The notes below the pieces were generated by a model. The model was not told the DNA's origin, did not search any database, and worked only from the letters and a program-made list of their open reading frames with translations. This document shows positions 31,736-32,000 of a stretch of 32,000 bases of DNA, piece by piece (positions within the stretch are counted from its first letter, which is position 1; every line of letters begins with the position of its first letter). The position numbers were made by a program, and so were the translations under genes. Source of the DNA: Gemmata obscuriglobus (GTDB lineage Bacteria; Planctomycetota; Planctomycetia; Gemmatales; Gemmataceae); contig NZ_CP042911.1 in assembly GCF_008065095.1 (NCBI RefSeq), positions 5,940,001 through 5,972,000 of the forward strand, written 5' to 3'.

Positions 31736-31888
31736 ATGGCCAAGACGGCCAGCGAGCGGGACGCGATGCTGCTTCAGAAAGTCTCGGTGGGCGCCATCTT
31801 TATCATGGCCCTGCCGTGCGCCTTTCAGGCCGTTCACGAGGTGTTCAAGCTGTTCAAGGGCAAGGACGAGCGCGGGCACAGCAGATAA
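31736..31888 (+). CDS. candidate small membrane protein (50 aa)
   Basis: An internal ATG of ORF 31403-31888 gives MAKTASERDAMLLQKVSVGAIFIMALPCAFQAV.. with one TM-like helix. No clear SD. Confidence 0.3.
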   Translation: MAKTASERDAMLLQKVSVGAIFIMALPCAFQAVHEVFKLFKGKDERGHSR

Positions 31889-32000
31889 AGGCAGCCAACA
31901 CGGGGGAAGGCATCAAAGGCCCCCCGCTCCGCTGCCTCCTCAGGCATCAAGCGTGATTTAGAAAGCCATCCCGATCCCGCCTTTCGCCTCTGGGGTTCCG

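Overview
This is a high-GC window (about 65-68% by eye), possibly from a Planctomycetota-like chromosome, though that is only a guess. All family names below come from motif recognition by eye; no database search was run.

Layout:
1. 32-473: a small DUF2171-like gene with an intrinsic terminator.
2. 474-1670: the 5' part of a group II intron. Its reverse-transcriptase ORF is cut right after the RT motif TPQGG.
3. 1671-3199: an IS3-family element, made of a 291-bp partial left end followed by a complete 1238-bp copy. It joins the intron directly to the prophage.
4. About 3200-29134: a roughly 26-kb, single-strand late-gene block of a siphovirus-type prophage. Gene order is HK97/RcGTA-like:
   - head and head-tail joining genes: MuF-like head morphogenesis, prohead protease, HK97-type capsid, adaptor, head closure, HK97 gp10-like, DUF3168
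   - tail genes: TP901-type tail tube, G/GT-like chaperones, tape measure, distal tail, hub, NlpC/P60-like, gpJ-like, fibre
   - lysis genes: holin candidate, SAR GH24 endolysin, overlapped spanins
   Terminase, portal, integrase and early genes are not in the window. The left end is an IS junction without a target-site duplication, and one tail gene is frameshifted, so the element looks defective.
5. 29291-29488 (minus strand): csrA.
6. 29542-30997: an ISKra4-family IS with perfect 23-bp inverted repeats and a 9-bp target duplication, inserted 53 bp upstream of csrA.
7. 31327-31888: three tiny candidate ORFs.

Most notable observations:
- A 9.7-kb module of fibre and glycan-enzyme-like genes (SGNH esterase, beta-helix, G8/cadherin/LamG-like giant) sits between the head-closure and tail-completion genes, separate from the normal baseplate fibres.
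- A single low-GC3 C39-like cysteine-peptidase gene lies precisely between the MuF gene and the next ORF, flanked by an 8-bp direct repeat.
- The ISKra4 transposase contains a phased A_AAA_AAG heptamer plus a downstream hairpin, which looks like a -1 frameshift cassette.
- The IS3 element has an A9 tract with orfB in the +1 frame.
- TAA stops are followed by CC (TAACC) far more often than base composition predicts.
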